The notes under the pieces are model-generated. The model was not told the DNA's origin, made no database searches, and worked only from the letters and a program-made list of their open reading frames with translations. Below, in pieces: positions 34,796-47,735 of a DNA stretch of 64,000 nt; positions within the stretch are counted from its first letter, which is position 1; every line of letters begins with the position of its first letter. The translations under genes were made by a program, and so were the position numbers. The stretch is taken from positions 106,218,545-106,282,544 of the forward strand of contig NC_068981.1 in assembly GCF_001194135.2 (NCBI RefSeq), written 5' to 3'. The DNA is from Octopus bimaculoides (taxonomy: Eukaryota).

Positions 34796-36382
34796 CTAGC
34801 AGCTAAGCCTGGTTTCAGCCGGTCAGAGAACGACGCGAAGAGAGAAATGAAGACATAAAAAAGAAGAAGAAGTGGATACGAAGTGGTGTTTGGGCGACGA
34901 ATCTTGGTAGAAAAAAAAGAATGTCATGGTGAGTTAGTAAGGAGAGCAAAGCAAGATTGGACTTACGTGGGCTGGCAGGACGATGAAAAAATTGCGGAGT
35001 TGAAATTGGAGCAGTTGAAGTTGCCATTGTTATCATTGGAGTGCCTCTTGGTAGACAACATTCTTTGTCCTTCCCTCAGGTGCACAAATAGAAAGACCAT
35101 GGGGACAGCCNNNNNNNNNNNNNNNNNNNNNNNNNNNNNNNNNNNNNNNNNNNNNNNNNNNNNNNNNNNNNNNNNNNNNNNNNNNNNNNNNNNNNNNNNN
35201 NNNNNNNNNNNNNNNNNNNNNNNNNNNNNNNNNNNNNNNNNNNNNNNNNNNNNNNNNNNNNNNNNNNNNNNNNNNNNNNNNNNNNNNNNNNNNNNNNNNN
35301 NNNNNNNNNNNNNNNNNNNNNNNNNNNNNNNNNNNNNNNNNNNNNNNNNNNNNNNNNNNNNNNNNNNNNNNNNNNNNNNNNNNNNNNNNNNNNNNNNNNN
35401 NNNNNNNNNNNNNNNNNNNNNNNNNNNNNNNNNNNNNNNNNNNNNNNNNNNNNNNNNNNNNNNNNNNNNNNNNNNNNNNNNNNNNNNNNNNNNNNNNNNN
35501 NNNNNNNNNNNNNNNNNNNNNNNNNNNNNNNNNNNNNNNNNNNNNNNNNNNNNNNNNNNNNNNNNNNNNNNNNNNNNNNNNNNNNNNNNNNNNNNNNNNN
35601 NNNNNNNNNNNNNNNNNNNNNNNNNNNNNNNNNNNNNNNNNNNNNNNNNNNNNNNNNNNNNNNNNNNNNNNNNNNNNNNNNNNNNNNNNNNNNNNNNNNN
35701 NNNNNNNNNNNNNNNNNNNNNNNNNNNNNNNNNNNNNNNNNNNNNNNNNNNNNNNNNNNNNNNNNNNNNNNNNNNNNNNNNNNTATCCAAGGGAAGCCAA
35801 ACCGCGAAAAAGGTTGAGAAATGCTGATTTATAACGATGGTTTTTATTTAGGCACATCGTAAAAGTAATTATAATGAAAGTATGTTTTTTCAAGCAAATA
35901 TAGTTAGAAAAAATATTTACCATTTCAAGTCATCACTAAAAACAAAGCTCATCAATTTTTGAATGAAATAATAATTTTATTCTTTTTTTCTAAGTTGTAA
36001 ATTTTGCATGAGAAATAAAGCAAATAATCACCAAATGCATTGTTAAAAATCTGTAACTTGATAGCAAATATATCTAAATTGATTAGAAATGCATAAATTT
36101 AATAATAACAATGTTTTTGAGATTCCGGTTCGAATGACATGAGTGTTTTTGTTTCACTTTTGACACGTAATACTTAAATAGTGGAGGAGATATGATGTTG
36201 GTGTGGGTTGGAAGTATGCAAGAAGTTAAAATTTTTTTTGACTAAAACACAACCGGTACCCTAAGTAAGGCATGTGTAAAAATTTGAATGAAATTGGTTG
36301 TGTAGTTCTGGAGTTTTTGGGATTCACACAGACACACACACACACACACAGACATACATTCTCAATTTTATATATATATAGA
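34796..36382 (-). mobile_element. Helitron with RepHel C-terminal remnant (spans a 673-N gap)
   Basis: 5' A|TCTATATATATATAAAA at 36382; 3' ...CTAG|T at 34796; 35033-35110 translates to GCPHGLSICAPEGRTKNVVYQEALQ*, typical of the Helitron helicase C-terminus. Confidence 0.8.
35111..35783. other. Assembly gap (largest of about 12 N runs)
   Basis: Other N runs near 10601, 20523, 24589, 28131, 33097, 36510, 40216, 44349, 48639, 51298 and 52317; long poly-X ORFs across them are artefacts. Confidence 0.99.
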
Positions 36383-36834
36383 TATATATAAACTTACTTG
36401 GAAATGGATGTGTGACGTTCAATTAAATAATAATATAAATAATATATATACATACATAAATACATATATATATATATGTGTATGTATGTATATATATATA
36501 TATATATATNNNNNNNNNNNNNNNNNNNNNNNNNNNNNNNNNNNNNNNNNNNNNNNNNNNNNNNNNNNNNNNNNNNNNNNNNNNNNNNNNNNNNNNNNNN
36601 NNNNNNNNNNNNNNNNNNNNNNNNNNNNNNNNNNNNNNNNNNNNNNNNNNNNNNNNNNNNNNNNNNNNNNNNNNNNNNNNNNNNNNNNNNNNNNNNNNNN
36701 NNNNNNNNNNNNNNNNNNNNNNNNNNNNNNNNNNNNNNNNNNNNNNNNNNNNNNNNNNNNNNNNNNNNNNNNNNNNNNNNNNNNNNNNNNNNNNNNNNNN
36801 NNNNNNNNNNNNNNNNNNNNNNNNNNNNNNNNNC

Positions 36835-37480
36835 ATATATGGGTACTGGACATTACCAACTGTAAACAACATGAACTACGAAAACAAATGAGTTAAATAC
36901 ACAAACAATGAGAGAAAAAATGGAAAACAGGACAAGTAACACAAAGAACGATGCTTCATCAGTTTTCGGCTGACTATCTACTCCTCATTTCGAGCATTCA
37001 ATGACAATATGAGTCTTCAAAGACAGTTACTCCCATAACTTCCAAAACAAAATTTGGGATTCATGGAGGATCAAAGTGGGGAACAAAAACAGGACAGTGG
37101 AGACATATAAGGAAACTGGACAAAAACAAACATGGAGGGTCTCATTAGACCAGAACGAGGGAAAAATTGTGAACACTGGGAGAAATATTCTCTTTGAAAA
37201 GAGGAAAGATTGATGAGAGAGGTTGAAGAGGTCCAGTCCTGATGACATTGTGCGGGAAAAGAAGGATGGTCGATGGTAACATGTGAGCAATAAGAGAGAG
37301 AAAAAGAGAAAGAGGGAAGAGAGAGAGAAAAAGAGAAAGAGGGAAGAGAGAGAGATAGAAAGAAAGTGGTGAAGGGGAGAAAAGAGGAAGTAGAGAAGGA
37401 TTGGGGAGAAAAACAGTACAGAGTAGTGTTGTATCAAAAAGGTTAAGATAAAATTACTTGGAAATGGATGCATGGCATTC
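36835..37480. repeat. Second copy of the 20755-21290 repeat family
   Basis: Direct alignment by eye. Confidence 0.75.
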
Positions 37481-37519
37481 AATTAAATAATAACATAAAT
37501 AATATATATATATATATAT

Positions 37520-38510
37520 ATACATATATATAGGAGGAGAATTCACAATAAAACAAAAGACAAAGACAGGTGGTGTAGAAAACAAACAGATGTATTAGTA
37601 TAACGCTCGGGAAGTGAAAAAGTCTTTAACGTTTTGAACCTACGCTCTTCCACAGAAAGGAACACAGAGAGAAACAAGGAGAGGAAAAAAAGAATGTGTA
37701 GTGGCTAGCAATCTATCATGGTGAATGCTGGACAGAAGGGTCACACAGGAGAAGTAGGAAGAAGGAGAGATAATAAAGTAGTAGTGATCCCAAAACGAAG
37801 GTGCGCGTGCATGTGTGTAAGAGAGTTTGTATGTGCGTGTGAAAGAGGGCTGGTGATCTTCATGTGTGTGTAGGTGTGAAAATGTGGGGCTGGGAATTGG
37901 ACAGTGCTGGTGTGTGCATGGTGGTGTGTTGTGATGTGAAGTGCTGTGTAGTATGGTGTAGTGGCGTGGTGTGATGGTGTTGGGAGGTGGGGGAGGTGAG
38001 AGTGGGGAAAGCAAGGGTGGGATATGGGTTAGGCTGAGGGTGGGGGTAGAGGTGGGGTATGTGGGTAGGCAGAAGGTGGGATATGTGGGAGTGGGTGTAA
38101 GGGATGGGGTGGGATGGGATGTGAAGGATAGGGAAGAAGGGGTTGGAATGTGTAGGGGTAGGGGTGGGCTTACGAAGAGAAGGTGGGTAGGAGAGAAAAG
38201 AGAGTAGGAGTGAAGAGAAGTAGGAGTCAGAGCAAGAGAGGAGAGGTGGGTGGGAGGAAGTATGTGTGAGGGGTAGAGAGGTGAGGGAAGGAGGTTAGAT
38301 GAAGAGGGGAGGAGAGTTGAGCCCATGTGACGCAAAGGAATTAAGAGAGAAGATTAATCCCTGTTCACGGCGCAAATGGGAGTCTGGATGGCCCCTGTGC
38401 AAGGACAATCCAAACATGGACAGGTGCTGCAAAGAATGACCACTAGAGTGGAAATGGCATGAGACTGGGGTTTCATTGCTGAGTCGGATGTCTCGGAGGT
38501 GTTCTCTATG
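37520..38510 (-). mobile_element. Penelope-like 3' fragment: GIY-YIG C-half, pyrimidine-rich 3' region, terminal repeat with decayed hammerhead (37624-37659)
   Basis: ORF 38295-38537 EHLRDIRLSNETPVSCHFHSSGHSLQHL...RREQGLIFSLNSFASHGLN; HHR-like CTTT-CTGTGGA-a-GAGCgtagGTTC-AAAA-CG-TT-AAAG. Confidence 0.75.
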
Positions 38511-38815
38511 ACATAATCTATGACATGAGCCACCCATTTCTCCACAAGGAGTATGCCTACACCCCCTACGTCATCCATGTTACCTTGCCAGAAGACTTTA
38601 TACCTATGTGCCTTGCCTGTGAGGACCCTAGCTGAAGCTCATCTCCATCTTACCTCTTGTATGGAGCATACATCAACCCGTCTCCTTTCAAGCATCTTTA
38701 CAATCTTACTAGACCTACCATTCACTGTGCCAACATTGACAGTGCCAACTCTGAAAACTGGGAAGGGAATGTGGGGTGGGGCTTGGGGAAGAGAGATGTT
38801 ATCCAGTGCCTGAAA
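38510..38815 (-). mobile_element. RTE LINE AP-endonuclease N-terminal fragment
   Basis: FRVGTVNVGTVNGRSSKIVKMLERRRVDVCSIQEVRWR...GGVGILLVEKWV. Confidence 0.85.
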
Positions 38816-39239
38816 AGAAGAGGGAGGTTGTCGTGTTCATTTTTTAGGCATGCTTCATCTGTTCTCTCTTCCAGCCTGACAACATTCAAACATTCAAGCA
38901 TGTTAAAATTGTTGCCGGTGTTAGCGGCGTTGTAAGCATAAGCATTATAGTCTTCGAATGATGTAAATTTAAGCGGTGTAGCAAAATATGGATATTCCAA
39001 TGTTAGATTAGGAGGGAGTCAGCTAAAACTGGTTGCGTTTGTCCAGGAAGAAGGGGATTGCAGGTATGATGGAGGGTACCACCAGCAGGGTAGGATTCAG
39101 ACAGAGAGAGGAAACAAGCTCATCCCTACATACACACAAGTGTGCCCACACACAGGAACAAGCACACATAGACAGCTGAATAGCTTTCTCCTTCACTTGA
39201 TAAGGCCAAGGAAAATTCCTGGGTGGTTGTTGTCATGTT

Positions 39240-39580
39240 TCTAGACAGAATGAAAATGAAACGAAAGATGGCTGGTTAAGTAGGTGGGCAGATAACCTGG
39301 TTGTGTTTGTCCCAGTTGAGAGATAGAGAAAGAGAGGGAGAGAGATAGAGAAAAAGAGAGTGCAGGTAATATAGGGAACAGCACCAGTGAGGAGGAGGAA
39401 TTGGGAGAAGAGACATCTGGTAATGGTGGTGACAAATTTCTAGACAGAAGGAAATGAAAGATACCCAGTTAAATAGGTGGGTGGATGAGCAGCTGGGCTG
39501 GTTGCTTTTGTCCCAGAAGAGAGAGAAAGAGTGCAGGTAATATATAGAGAACAGCCCAGTGAGGTGTGGTTGGGAGAATA
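39240..39580. repeat. Diverged ~200-bp tandem duplication
   Basis: ctagacagaa...tttgtcccag...gtgcaggtaatata...cagtgagg occurs twice. Confidence 0.7.
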
Positions 39581-39689
39581 CACAACAGGTAATGGTGGTG
39601 GGAGGGGAGATATCCAGTGTAGATGGTGGGAAGATAGAGATATGCGGTATTGGTGGTGCAGCAGGAAAGGGTGGGCACACTGCAAACAA

Positions 39690-40215
39690 GCAAAGTTTAG
39701 TTTGGGGACATAGTAAGAGGGTCGAAAATAATGGTAACAATAATGAAATTAAACAGACCAAGAAATGAGTAATTTTCTTAACGAAATTACATGGGAGGTA
39801 AAATTATATTTTTGAGGGGACATTTTCAATGGTTAGCTCATGAAAACTAGCTGTTAGTAAGTAATACATTTAAAGTGTTAAAGGCGAATGAATGTACAAA
39901 AGATCGAAAAAAATAGAAAATCTTAGCTTAGCATGGCAACATCGTTTGGCGAAGGAATGGAATGAAAGGGAAACACATGAGACGAAAGTTTTTAAATAGA
40001 TAAACTGCAACAGAAAACGAGTTTAGTTTGGGGACATAGTAAGAGGGACGAAAATAATGGTAACAATAATGAAATTAAACAGACTGGGAAGCAAGTAATT
40101 ATCTTAACGAAATTATATGAGAGGTAAAATTATATTTTTGAGGGGACATTTTCAATGGTTAGCTCATGAAAACTAGCTGTTAGTAAGTAATACATTTAAA
40201 GTGTTAAAGGCGAAT
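39690..40215. repeat. Near-identical ~200-bp direct repeat, period about 327 bp, ending at a gap
   Basis: 39690-39888 versus 40018-40215; may be a gap-edge assembly artefact. Confidence 0.75.
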
Positions 40216-40857
40216 NNNNNNNNNNNNNNNNNNNNNNNNNNNNNNNNNNNNNNNNNNNNNNNNNNNNNNNNNNNNNNNNNNNNNNNNNNNNNNNNNNNNN
40301 TATATATATATATATATATATGTATACACATATACATAGATACATAGATACATATATACATACACACACATATATATATATATATATATATGTTTGTATG
40401 TAAGACAGGTAGTTAGATAGGCAAACTGATAGATATAGCTTTATTTGTACCCACATATTTACATATATATACTTATATGTGTGAATATATGTATGTATAA
40501 ATATGTGTGTATATATGTATGTATAAATATATGTGTGTATGTGAGAGAGTAGCAGTAGTAGTAACTCTAATGAAATGGAAGAATAAAGCCTACAACTGAG
40601 TCATGTATGTCTAAAAATTGATGGTCATTTAGAAAATGTGACTGTAATATCTATATGTGCAAGTATGAAGATGGTTCATTTGTGTAAATGAATAAGCTTA
40701 TGTACATAAATTATATATACATGATTATGTGGAAGTATATGAATGTATGTAAGTTTTACTCTTATATATTAGCATTAATGTAGAGATGAGCGATAAGAAG
40801 GTGTAGATATTTGCATATATGTGTATGTTGATATGCGCTATATTATATGTAGGTGTA

Positions 40858-41042
40858 AGGCCAGCACACTGGGCAAAATGCTTAGTGGCATTTTGTCTGT
40901 CTTTACATTTTGAGTTCAAATTCTGCTGGGCTCAACTTTGTCTTGTAGCCTTTTACGGTCAATAAAATAAGTACCAAATTTTTTGAACACTGGGGTTGCC
41001 CCTCCTATGAAATTGCTGGCCTTGTGCCAAAATTTGAAACCA
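40858..41042 (+). mobile_element. SINE family D
   Basis: cagcacactgggcaaaatgcttag...gagttcaaattctgc...cttgtgccaaaatttgaaacc. Confidence 0.7.
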
Positions 41043-41111
41043 ATGTTATATATGGGTGCGTATACATAAATGTATATAAGAATATAATTTATATTTGCTT
41101 ATACAGATATA

Positions 41112-42605
41112 CACTGCATGTCAAATTATTAGGCAACTCTGTTTTTCAAAATAACAGAGTATCTATTAGTTTGAATCCAGATATTTTTTCACTGAATGAT
41201 GGCAACATCTGCCTACGTATACTGCAGTAAAATAAATTGGATCCACACAGGTGTAAACAAATGGCAGCCCTTTTCATGAAACAGCAACAAATTTACTGTC
41301 TTAAATTATTAGTTAAGTACCCAATAAAAGTGCTATTATGGGTCAAAAACGTGAAATAAGTCCACCATCGTCTCAGAGTTTGGAAAAACAAAAATGACAT
41401 TGGAAATATCAAAGATCCTGGGAAGAGATCATCGAACTGTGAAGAAATTTGTGAAGTCTTCTGCTGTCCATTCAAGGGCTGACAAGGGTAAATCAAGGGT
41501 TGTTTCCAGGCGTACCCTGTCACGTATAACGAGGGAAGTTGCAAAGAACACGTGTCTAACTAGTTGAGAGAGTGTTTAAACTTTGTGGTAGGGAAGACAT
41601 TTCAAAATCTATCAGGTGTCTCCTTCTGAAGCAGGTAGCCAAAAACGTAAAACCTGTTACAAGGTTCCCTCTGAAGGCTGTTCATAAACAAAATAGAGTC
41701 AAATGGGCAGAAGACTACATGAAGATAGATTTTTCAAAAGTCCTCTTTCCTGACGAATGCTATGCTACCCTAGATGGACCAGATGGGTGGAGTGAAGGAT
41801 GGGTTGCAATTAGCGAAATCATCCTCATTGTTTGGGATGCTAACAAAGGGGAGACAGAATCATGATTTGCGCTGGCATCATTGGAGACAAGTTGGTTGTA
41901 GAAGCAGAAAGTTTCGTTAAAGAGAACACTGATATTCATGCAAGATAATGTACCCTCCCATGCAGCTAAGAAATCTCTGGAATACCTACAGCAATTAGGC
42001 TTCTCTGGACACCGTTTGATGAAGCGACCCGTGTGTTCACCCGAAACCCAATTCAAAATCTATGGAGTGTTCTGAAGAGGAAGATATATCAATATGGACG
42101 GTAGTTTTTAATGAAAGATCTGCTCTGGGAAGCTATTGTGGATGTTGCTGACAGTATTACACCAGATGAAATAGTTACCTTAACAAATTCAATGGATAAA
42201 CGTGTCAGGGATGTTCTCTCATGTGGAGATCATACATCGATCATTAAAAACTTTATGACATCATATTTCTTGTAATATTTCCATTCAAACATATTATTAT
42301 GTTCCTTATAAAGTCTGTTATGATTATATTTGTTGTTCAAAATTAATTGTCGCATTAAATAAATGCTTGTTTTTGCATAATTAGCATTTCTATTAGACCT
42401 ACCTTATAATTTAGGACAGTAAAAAATGATGCCTATTAACAAAAATGGCTGTTGTTTCTTTATATATGGGTGGATCAGATTTATTTTGGTTCAGTACATC
42501 CAGACTGGTGTTATCATCATGCGGTGGGAAAATATCTGGATTTGAACAGATAAATACTCTGTAATTGCGAAAAAACTGAGCTGCCTAATAATTTGACATG
42601 TAGTG
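41112..42605 (+). mobile_element. Tc1-like transposon (probably DD37E), decayed and internally deleted
   Basis: 28-bp TIRs cactgcatgtcaaattattaggcaactc / gagctgcctaataatttgacatgtagtg with TA TSD; LEISKILGRDHRTVKKF, VLFPDE, MQDNVPSH and NPIQNLW motifs. Confidence 0.9.
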
Positions 42606-42929
42606 TACGTGTATAGGTGTGTATACATACTTATGGGTATATTTGCATGTCTATCAATATGTGTGTGTGTGTGTGTGTGTAAAACTGCTCATTTTTCCAT
42701 GCTTGCATGGGTCAGATGGAATTTGCTGAGGCAGTTTTGCTATGACCTGATGCCCTTCCTGTTGTCAAACCTTCTAGTTCTGGGTAAGGTTATACTATTA
42801 TATGGTGTCAAACCAGAGAGACACAAACACATTCATACCTCCACATACATACACACATATATATGGCTGCCAACAACCCAGATATACCACCTTAATATTG
42901 GTTTCAAATATGCCATCAATTTCAAAGGA

Positions 42930-43090
42930 TGGGGCTAAGTCAGTTACATCGACCCCAGTGTTTTGTCGACTGTGAAAGGATTAAAGGCAAAGTTGACCTT
43001 GGTAGAATTTGAACTCAGAATGTAAAGACAGATGAAATGCCACTAAGTATTTTGTCTGGCGTGCTAATGATTCTACCAGCTCACTGCCTT
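42930..43090 (-). mobile_element. SINE family D
   Basis: catcgaccccagtg...ggcaaagttgaccttggtagaatttgaactcag...gctcactgcc. Confidence 0.75.
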
Positions 43091-43219
43091 AAATACCACC
43101 TTAATGCCGACTGTCCTATAACCAAGGGTAGGATACCTAAGCACCAATGCCTCTGCAGACCACAGGCTGACTTTCCAACCTTTGCATGTTCTGTAACCTC
43201 CTACAATCATCTTCATATA

Positions 43220-43435
43220 TGAGAGAGTGCTGAAAAGATTCTGGTTTTGGGTAAAAGAAAATACAGGAGAATGAGTTAATTATGATTTTATTCAACATGT
43301 TCTCCTCTGAAATTCACTCACTAGTTGCAGTGGTCCTTCAATTTACTAAGCCCTGTAAAAGAACTCAGAAGGTTGAACCTCCAGCCAGGCCTTTCGCAAT
43401 ACCCTTAAAGCCAGGAACTTTTTAGCACCCCCTCA
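43220..43435. mobile_element. Mariner-derived MITE
   Basis: TA-flanked ~28-bp imperfect TIRs tgagagagtgctgaaaagattctggttt / aaagccaggaactttttagcaccccctca. Confidence 0.75.
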
Positions 43436-43884
43436 TACATAGATGTGTGTGCACGCATGCACACTCATACACACACACACACACATACACACACAACTCT
43501 ATGTATGTATGTATGCATGTATGCTCTTCTCTTTCTTTCTCTCCCTAATACTACCAAATCTTAATCCAACTCCAAGTCTTGTTAACCCTGCTCCATGCCG
43601 TGAATGACTCTGTTGTCCCTGTATTAGCATTCACTGGTTGGGCTCATATACACACAAATATCTGCGTAGACACATATACACACACCAGATGTTGCATGGA
43701 TGTATATACACTCATCCAGATAAACATGAACACATTAATACATAGACATATACATTCAGAAATGTACATACTCATGTTCACCAAACATTCATATGCACAC
43801 ACACACATCCATAAATGCATTCCAAATATGCATGTACACACATGCACATATAACAGACACAAATGTACACATATTTGCATGCAT

Positions 43885-43919
<35 letters not shown>

Positions 43920-44302
43920 AGTGTTGGCCATCAATTCAATGTTGCTCAAATAACTTTGAAGACTATCCAGACAGCAAGACACCATCAACTTCCTGTCCAG
44001 CTATGTGATTCAAGAAATTCTTGATGGATTTGATGTCACTGAAATCTCAATTCCATTTCTAATAGTAATATGTGGCACACCTTGATCAATGGCAGCCCAT
44101 TTTTCAGTAGTCATTTGGCATCTCTCCATATTGAGCATTTAACACCACTCATTGTAATTTTTGTTAAACATTGAAGAGGCAAATCAACAAAATTTTGTAT
44201 TGTTTCAACAAGCAGTAATTTTCCAAAAATATGTTTTATAATGCATAAAATACCATATATGTTTTCTATACTTTATTTAATATATGTGTGTGTGTATGTG
44301 TC

Positions 44303-44337
<35 letters not shown>

Positions 44338-44629
44338 AAGAGAGAGAGNNNNNNNNNNNNNNNNNNNNNNNNNNNNNNNNNNNNNNNNNNNNNNNNNNNN
44401 NNNNNNNNNNNNNNNNNNNNNNNNNNNNNNNNNNNNNNNNNNNNNGTGTGTGTGTGTGTTTGTGTGTGTAAAATGGTCCTGCTCATTATGTAGGTAGAAA
44501 TCCCTTATGGTGTACTGAGTAAAAGCTATGGATACACATGAGGTGCAGAAAAATTAGCCTTTGCACATGGCAAATGTGCAAGAACAATAAACACTAAGTA
44601 CATGCTAGGAATAAATTCTCTTAAATTCC

Positions 44630-44770
44630 CAGGAGTTTTTCTAGATGTAGTAGATAACTTCTGTTGCCTAGTTGACCAAATTAGCAGTGGAGGAGGATGT
44701 TATAAAGTATGGTTGGTAGAATATGAATAGGATGGAGAAAATTCACAGAATTATTACCTCTGTAGTAGAA
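44630..44770 (+). mobile_element. RTE LINE fragment
   Basis: LDVVDNFCCLVDQISSGGGC...GWRKFTELLPL aligns with 16285-16410. Confidence 0.7.
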
Positions 44771-45214
44771 ATATTCAGCAGTCAGATCACTACACCTGAT
44801 GTCATGATTTAATAGACCCATATGATAAAAGCCAATCATGGCTTTATGTGGAATAGGCTCCAGCAATGATTTCATCTTACTGAGCCTAACCATCAGTATA
44901 AATTCAGCACACCTAGACTACTTGAGGGAGAGCTTGGAAAGAACATTGACAGACACCATAGGAGATGGCCAACAGAGATGATGAACAGCAGCTGACCTAA
45001 GCTGACAACAATCACAATGAACGATTGGTGATAGTAACACAATGACCAGCAGCTAACTTTTTGACAGCTACAACAATTATCCAAGAACAACAGCATTCAA
45101 ACTCTCTTGACGTTTTGTTGTTCCTAGTAATGACAACCTTTGCTTTTTGTTTACAGGAAGAATAAAATTTTTTGTCAAAAATCTCAACAGATTCAGAGTT
45201 CTTCTTCATACACC

Positions 45215-45600
45215 TCTGAAAAGCAGATTGTACAATACTTGTGTACAAATAGCAAGGGTTCATTATAGTGTGTCATGGGTCCTGAATGCAGGGGATATGC
45301 AAACACTAGAAAAGAATGAAGCTAGTATATTCTGATGGATGTATAACATCAGTGTGCATGTATGACAATGTGTAAATGGGTTGAGAGAAAAACTGAACAT
45401 AAAAAGAATCTGAGAGAAAGCTGTGTTAGTGTGATTATGTGAAGTGCCTGGATGTTGACAGGTGTACAAAGAAGTGCTGATTAAGTGCTGATTGCTTAAA
45501 ATGTATGATAATTGTGGAAGAGAGAGATCCAGGAAGATATAGGATGAAGCAGTGAAGACTGATCTCAAGATGTTGAGCCTTACAGTGGAGATGATTGGCA
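45215..45600 (+). mobile_element. RTE LINE C-terminal fragment
   Basis: KSRLYNTCVQ...DMQTLEKNEASIF...LREKLN...CGRERSRKI. Confidence 0.7.
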
Positions 45601-47735
45601 CTTTATGTTTGATAAGTCCCATCCATCATGATTAAAATAAGGTCCTAAAAGTATTAAGTTTGCATCTATATGCTCAGTGAGTCTTGCCTCTGCACCTAAC
45701 CTGTCCCTTTCAAGCTTTCTCCACCTCTCATCTTTCTAACACCCCTCCCTCCATCACTCTTCTAACAATAGCACTATTCAGCTGTCGTAATCACATGACA
45801 GCAGAATCTGCGCATATCTTTTCCCCTTTGTGCTACTAGTTTCCTCCTCCTTTCCCTAAAAATACTTCCTTCCTTTAAGATCCCTCCCTCATTTTCAATA
45901 TCATCCCTTCCATTTTATTTTCCATAGTTCACCCTTTGCCCCTTCTTTAGGTATCTCTTCCTCACCTTTGAGCTACCTTTTAGGACTGTAACATTCTCTC
46001 ATATCTGCCATCAACACTTACACTCCTCTTGGTCTCTCACTCTCTATAGCCACCACAACTCGCCTCTAACAGCCATCTTTATCCCTGTGCATCTCTCTCT
46101 CTTTTTCCCCACTTCACCAGCTTCCCCATCATTTCCCTATTTTCTACTCTATCTACAGATTTATTATACTGCTCCTCTTCACCCTTCCTCTATTACCTCT
46201 TATCATCTACTCTTTCCTGAGCTATTTCTTTTACCTTCTCCCCGCCATACTGATATTTAGAATACATCTCTATTGTTGTACATCAGTCACTATATTAACC
46301 TCTACACTCCTCCCTTACACCCTGCCACTCTCCTTTCACACACCTATGAACTTATCTACTCACCCCTCTTCTTCCTCAGTTTGTATTGCCTCATATCCAT
46401 CTTCTTGAACCTTGAGAGTATGCGCTGATGTCTTGTCTCCCACATCTGTTTCTTCTTTCTACCTACTCCCTCCTGCTCCTAAATAATGCAACATAACCAT
46501 GTATTTCCACTGTAGCAAGACACATGCCAGTTCCTCGAGCATGCTTTAACCTCTCAACACCTGGCATAAAGCCATCTCTCCCTCTACACTGTATTCAGAA
46601 CATACAATTTAACAATAAAAAGTTTTAATTTAATCAATTGAGTTTGTAGTCTCATACTTCTTACATATCATGAATAAACTGACTCCACAGTAGAAATAGT
46701 TCAGTTAAGTTTTATTTCATTGTAATTTAAAATTTCACATGAAACAAGATTTCTATATGCTTACGAGATAGCAATCTGTTGATTTTCAGTTGCTGATGAG
46801 CAATTAAACTTGATCAGTAAAGAAATGCCTGCATGTTAATGCCAAAATGAAACCTGCAGTAGAACATAGAAATGTAATCAGTAAAATGTTTGATAGCGAA
46901 CAGCAGATGTGTACATGCATAGAGAAAGCAGTAAAAGTGAGTAAATACTTTAATATGTCTGAATGTAAGTAAGGTGAATAAACATAATGTTCAGTTTGTA
47001 GTATCAAAACAAGACAGAGTTCATTATGGGCAAAAATACATGCATGAGAAAATATTACATGAAATAAGCAGAAGGAATACATAAGAACAAAAATGTGTAA
47101 CAAGCAATCATGCAGAAGTTGTAAAAGTGTTGTGAATGAGAAAGTGAGTTACTGTTATACTGTCCAACATAGTTCTGAATGTCAATGAGATAAAATGACA
47201 ATATATGAATCATGTCTGCTCAAATAACATCAGACTAGCTTTCTTGGATACAGAGTTGTGTTCCTAGAGAAGAATGAAATTGTGCAACAAGTTGCTGATA
47301 TGAACCGGGTAAAAATGTTGTTAAACATAATTTAGATCAGTATAGCTGCAGATCCGTTATAATCCATCCATCTTTCTAGGAAGCTTTCATTTAATCAATT
47401 GCATACAGTGGCTACTCAGTGTGATGGCACAACATCTTGCATTAAAATCAGTTTTTGTTTGAAATCAAATCATATGACTTATGGCCATAAATATATGTAT
47501 GTTTGCATAATGTCGTATTTAACATGTTCATGCACACTTGGACATGAGAAAACCTTCTGCTGCGAAAAAAATCCTAAAAGAAAATTTTTCCCTTAATTTA
47601 CAAGTGTGATAACAAATTGTGCTGTGAATGATGTTATTGGATCACAGGATGCATTCATGCTTGTGTTCTTTTAAGAACATTGCTTTATTCAACACAACCT
47701 TGTGTGACTTGATATATGTATATGAGTGGCTGTGA

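Noticed and set aside
34883-35923. Long ORFs of 275-314 aa, and similar poly-X ORFs at other gaps
   Set aside because: They run through N gaps and are artefacts; only the Helitron C-terminal codons are meaningful.
36940-37030. CTGATGAAG motif (minus strand) in the 20.8 kb / 36.9 kb repeat family
   Set aside because: I could not close stem II with a GAAA box.
39195-39245. Possible hammerhead remnant (cac-TTGATAA-ggcc...ggtt-g...tgtc-atg)
   Set aside because: The GAAA box and most of stem III are missing; needs too many assumed mutations.
43950-44200. Protein-like short frames on both strands
   Set aside because: Stops in every frame and no recognisable family.
45620-46600. Pyrimidine-rich stretch that may be a very old minus-strand LINE
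   Set aside because: No diagnostic motif could be read with confidence.
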